DNA of 60,742 bases, counting the filler, from Dimargaris cristalligena (lineage: Eukaryota), in assembly GCA_003614675.1 (NCBI GenBank). It is 7 parts of 7 records of this genome, joined end to end, with 100 filler letters (N's around TTAATTAATTAA, not from the genome) between each part and the next. Parts side by side here need not be neighbours in the genome. Positions count along the whole stretch, not along the records: positions 52,192 to 60,742 come from ML003321.1; 6 more parts are not named here. One strand, written 5' to 3'. Each line of letters begins with the position of its first letter. Within the stretch, counting starts at the first letter, position 1. Shown piece after piece: positions 57,894 through 60,742 of the stretch. The translations under genes and the position numbers were made by a program. The notes beneath the pieces were generated by a model. It was not told where the DNA came from and ran no database searches. It saw nothing but the letters and a program-made list of their open reading frames with translations.

Positions 57894-60362
57894 ATGCGTC
57901 TGCTCATTGCTGCACGCACTTTGCGTACTACACGCCTATTCCAACCCCGGGACGCTCCCCTGCTGGCCCGGAAGGCGGCCCTACCTCTACTCGGGCGGCT
58001 GCAACAACAACAACAACGACTGCCCTTCCATGGGTCGGCCCTTCAGTTCCAAAAAGTTCCTCCGACCGAGTCCACTTCCGCTCCACCTCCCCCTCCGGCA
58101 TCAGACTCGGCCACCGGTACCCCGGTGGACCCGCTGTCTGCCGAACCCAAAGCCGAGTCGAAGTCAAAGTCAAACTCCGGGCCCGCCTCGGGCTCTGTAC
58201 CTCCCCCTGCCCAACCCTGGGGTCGGTATTTAGGACTCCTCCTCCTAACGGCCCCCGTCGGAGTTGCGGGCTACTACTTCGCCCGGTTCAAAATGGCCCA
58301 GCGGCGCCGCAATACCGTGCACCCGGACACCACCCTGACCTGGCGGGTTACCAGCCAATCCGTGGTGGAGTCCCATTCCGCCCGCGATGGCCTGGCTATG
58401 CTGGAACGCCTCAGCAGTTTCGGGGACGACGACTCGGCCCCGACCATGACTATTCTGGAAGCCAGTCGGGCCCTATCGTTCGCCGCCCTGGACCCTAATA
58501 TCGTGCGGCTGGTGGTCGATATGTCCACCGACGGTCAGGCCAGCGGTGGAGGTATGAATAGTCCCGACCCGCTGAGCGCTGCCCAAGTCCAGGAAATCCG
58601 ACAGGCGGTCTTGGATTTCAAGCAGTGGAAGGATGCCACCCTCGGACCCGGAAATTGCGAGACGGTCCTCGTGACGGATACGTTTGGCCACCAGCTGGAC
58701 TACTATTTTGCCTCGGCTTTCGATGAGGTCCACATGCAACCCACCGGCTATATCCCCTTCTCCGGAATGTCGCGTAACTTACCCTTCTTTAAGAATGCTT
58801 TGGAAAGGCTGGGCATCGATGTCTACGTCGAAACCCGGGAGGAATTCAAGAGTTTCCCCAGCGTGTTTAACCACACCCAGTTGCCCCCGCCCCAACGGGC
58901 TAACACTGAAGCGCTTTTGGCGTCGCTTAACGATATCATTAAACGGGATATTCAGGCCACCCGTGGCCGGACCATGGAGGAGCGCGCCGCCCTCGGTCAG
59001 GGGCAGGCTTTGGCCGAGATCACTAAACTATCTAACGAGGGTATCATCTTCGCCCCCACCGCTGTCTCCAAGGGCATGGTGGACAAACTGGGCTACTATC
59101 CAGATATCGTAAACGCCGATAAGTACCCGAAACGCATGGACCTGGCCCACTACTTCGGGTGCAACAAACTATCTCCCGCCAATTCCGGCCTGAAGGCCAC
59201 TTCTCGGGTCGGGGTCGTCTACCTGCGGGGCGCTATCGAGCGATCTAATGGGGAATTCTCGCCCCGTAAAGTGGCCCGGGCGATCCGGGAGGCCGCTGAC
59301 GCCGACGATATCGACGCCATCGTTTTCCGCGTGGATTCCGGCGGTGGTGATCCCATCGGTAGCGACACCATCGCCCAGGCGGTCGACTACGCCCGAACTA
59401 TCAAGAAGAAGCCCGTCATCGCCAGTTACGCCGGGTCCGCCGCTTCCGGGGCCTACCTCGCCACCGCCCAGTGCGACTATATCTTCGCCCAGCCGCTCAC
59501 CGTCACTGGCAGTATTGGTGTGGCCATGACCAAAGTCACCATCCAGGACAAATTCCTGGACCGCTTAGGCATTACCGTCGATACCTACACGTCCGGTAGT
59601 ACCATCGATTCACCCTTACACGCCCTGTCCGCCGAAGATAAAGACCGCTACAAACGGATCGCGGATTTCATCTACGACGACTTTTTACAGCGCGTCCAAA
59701 CCGGCCGGCAATTCACCTCTGAATATCTGAAAACGGTGGCGGGTGGCCGGGTGTTCACCGGTTTACAGGCCCATCAGAACGGCCTCGTCGATGGTCTGGG
59801 GGGTATTTTGGATGCCGTGGGCTTTGCGGTACTAACGGCCCGGGCCCGTGAAGATCCCGGGAGTGGCGACTCCCCCTCGCCCAACCAGCAGGTGATTAAT
59901 CGCGTGCGGGCATCCCTCGCCAAGGGCTACGTCCCACCCAACGCGTCCGCCGAGGCAGACACCGACGACTCCCTCTCAACTGAGGGACCGGGCGCCAGTA
60001 AAGACTCCGACTCCGCCTCCAGCACCGACTCCGATCACTCAAGCACTTCAGGTAAAGCAGCGCAATCGGCCATCCATCCCGCCAAATTCTTCTCGACCCG
60101 CCTCGTCACCCCCACCACGGAAATCGAAATCTTCCCGCGCACCAAGAGTTTCTCCGAACGGTTCTGGGGTTGCTCATCCACCAGCGAACAACTGGAACTT
60201 GTGACGCAGTACCTGCAATTCCAAATGGCCCATGCCGCCACGAACGCGATCAATGGCCTCATGAGTCAGTTGGGCCAGGCCGTGCAGGCGGAGACAGGCA
60301 TAACTACCATGTCTACCCAGCCGCAGGTGACGGCGGCCATGGATACTCGGGTTAGGCGATAG
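57894..60362 (+). CDS. sppA: Signal peptide peptidase SppA (protease IV, peptidase S49, tandem-domain long form) with mitochondrial-type presequence
   Basis: ATG at 57894, an Arg/Leu/Ala-rich N-terminus and one TM segment. Motifs YYFASAFDEVHMQPTG, EFKS, FRVDSGGG..SD, KPVIASY..AASGAY, VTGSIGV, GRVFTG.QA..GLVD.LGG. Confidence 0.92.
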   Translation: MRLLIAARTLRTTRLFQPRDAPLLARKAALPLLGRLQQQQQRLPFHGSALQFQKVPPTESTSAPPPPPASDSATGTPVDPLSAEPKAESKSKSNSGPASGSVPPPAQPWGRYLGLLLLTAPVGVAGYYFARFKMAQRRRNTVHPDTTLTWRVTSQSVVESHSARDGLAMLERLSSFGDDDSAPTMTILEASRALSFAALDPNIVRLVVDMSTDGQASGGGMNSPDPLSAAQVQEIRQAVLDFKQWKDATLGPGNCETVLVTDTFGHQLDYYFASAFDEVHMQPTGYIPFSGMSRNLPFFKNALERLGIDVYVETREEFKSFPSVFNHTQLPPPQRANTEALLASLNDIIKRDIQATRGRTMEERAALGQGQALAEITKLSNEGIIFAPTAVSKGMVDKLGYYPDIVNADKYPKRMDLAHYFGCNKLSPANSGLKATSRVGVVYLRGAIERSNGEFSPRKVARAIREAADADDIDAIVFRVDSGGGDPIGSDTIAQAVDYARTIKKKPVIASYAGSAASGAYLATAQCDYIFAQPLTVTGSIGVAMTKVTIQDKFLDRLGITVDTYTSGSTIDSPLHALSAEDKDRYKRIADFIYDDFLQRVQTGRQFTSEYLKTVAGGRVFTGLQAHQNGLVDGLGGILDAVGFAVLTARAREDPGSGDSPSPNQQVINRVRASLAKGYVPPNASAEADTDDSLSTEGPGASKDSDSASSTDSDHSSTSGKAAQSAIHPAKFFSTRLVTPTTEIEIFPRTKSFSERFWGCSSTSEQLELVTQYLQFQMAHAATNAINGLMSQLGQAVQAETGITTMSTQPQVTAAMDTRVRR

Positions 60363-60742
60363 ACGAGGAGTGCTTGCATCGGGAAACTTTCCTACGCTAT
60401 GCTCATGGGGTAATGCTCTATTTTATTTTGATGAGATACTTGGGTGGGCTCAATGTAGTACAGCCCTCTTTGTGTATGTACTCGTTTCCATTAATTTGTT
60501 ATTTATATATATATTAAGTTGTATTTTTTGATTATTTTTTTTGTATAATAAATACTGACCCGTGTCATGATAAACCAAATATGAACTCATGCGACGTATT
60601 TATTTAGTTAGCCGTGGTAATAAAAGTAGACATAAACAGTCGTGTCAATGTATGTACGATGTACCTGAGGATGCCTATTAATTGTATTGCAACCAAGGGG
60701 AAACTCCGACCTGAATAATCAGGAGGACGACCGAACCAATCA

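Overview
Eukaryotic, fungal-type DNA. It is probably from an early-diverging, non-Dikarya fungus; Zoopagomycota (e.g. a Dimargaris-like organism) is a guess from gene content and style. The window is seven unlinked contigs (8637, 8612, 8607, 8580, 8578, 8577 and 8551 bp, in descending size) joined by artificial N44-TTAATTAATTAA-N44 linkers, so only within-contig adjacency is meaningful. Recognisable genes are a Cdc25/SOS-type RasGEF, GCN2, KOG1/Raptor next to the 3' end of TSC2, RRN3, a 3-exon carnitine acyltransferase, a cytochrome b5 reductase-family gene and a mitochondrial-type SppA (S49) peptidase. There is also a KRE33/NAT10 pseudogene fragment. Mobile DNA includes a decayed Ty3/Gypsy element with a dUTPase between RNase H and integrase, a second very divergent Gypsy element (-1 frameshift site, four CGA>TGA stops), a Sola-like transposase relic and DNA-transposon-like ends. 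The main hidden feature, not apparent from the ORF track, is a ~15-exon, highly divergent Ku70-like gene with no SAP domain (52615-57039). Its best-supported exon chain contains one in-frame TAG.
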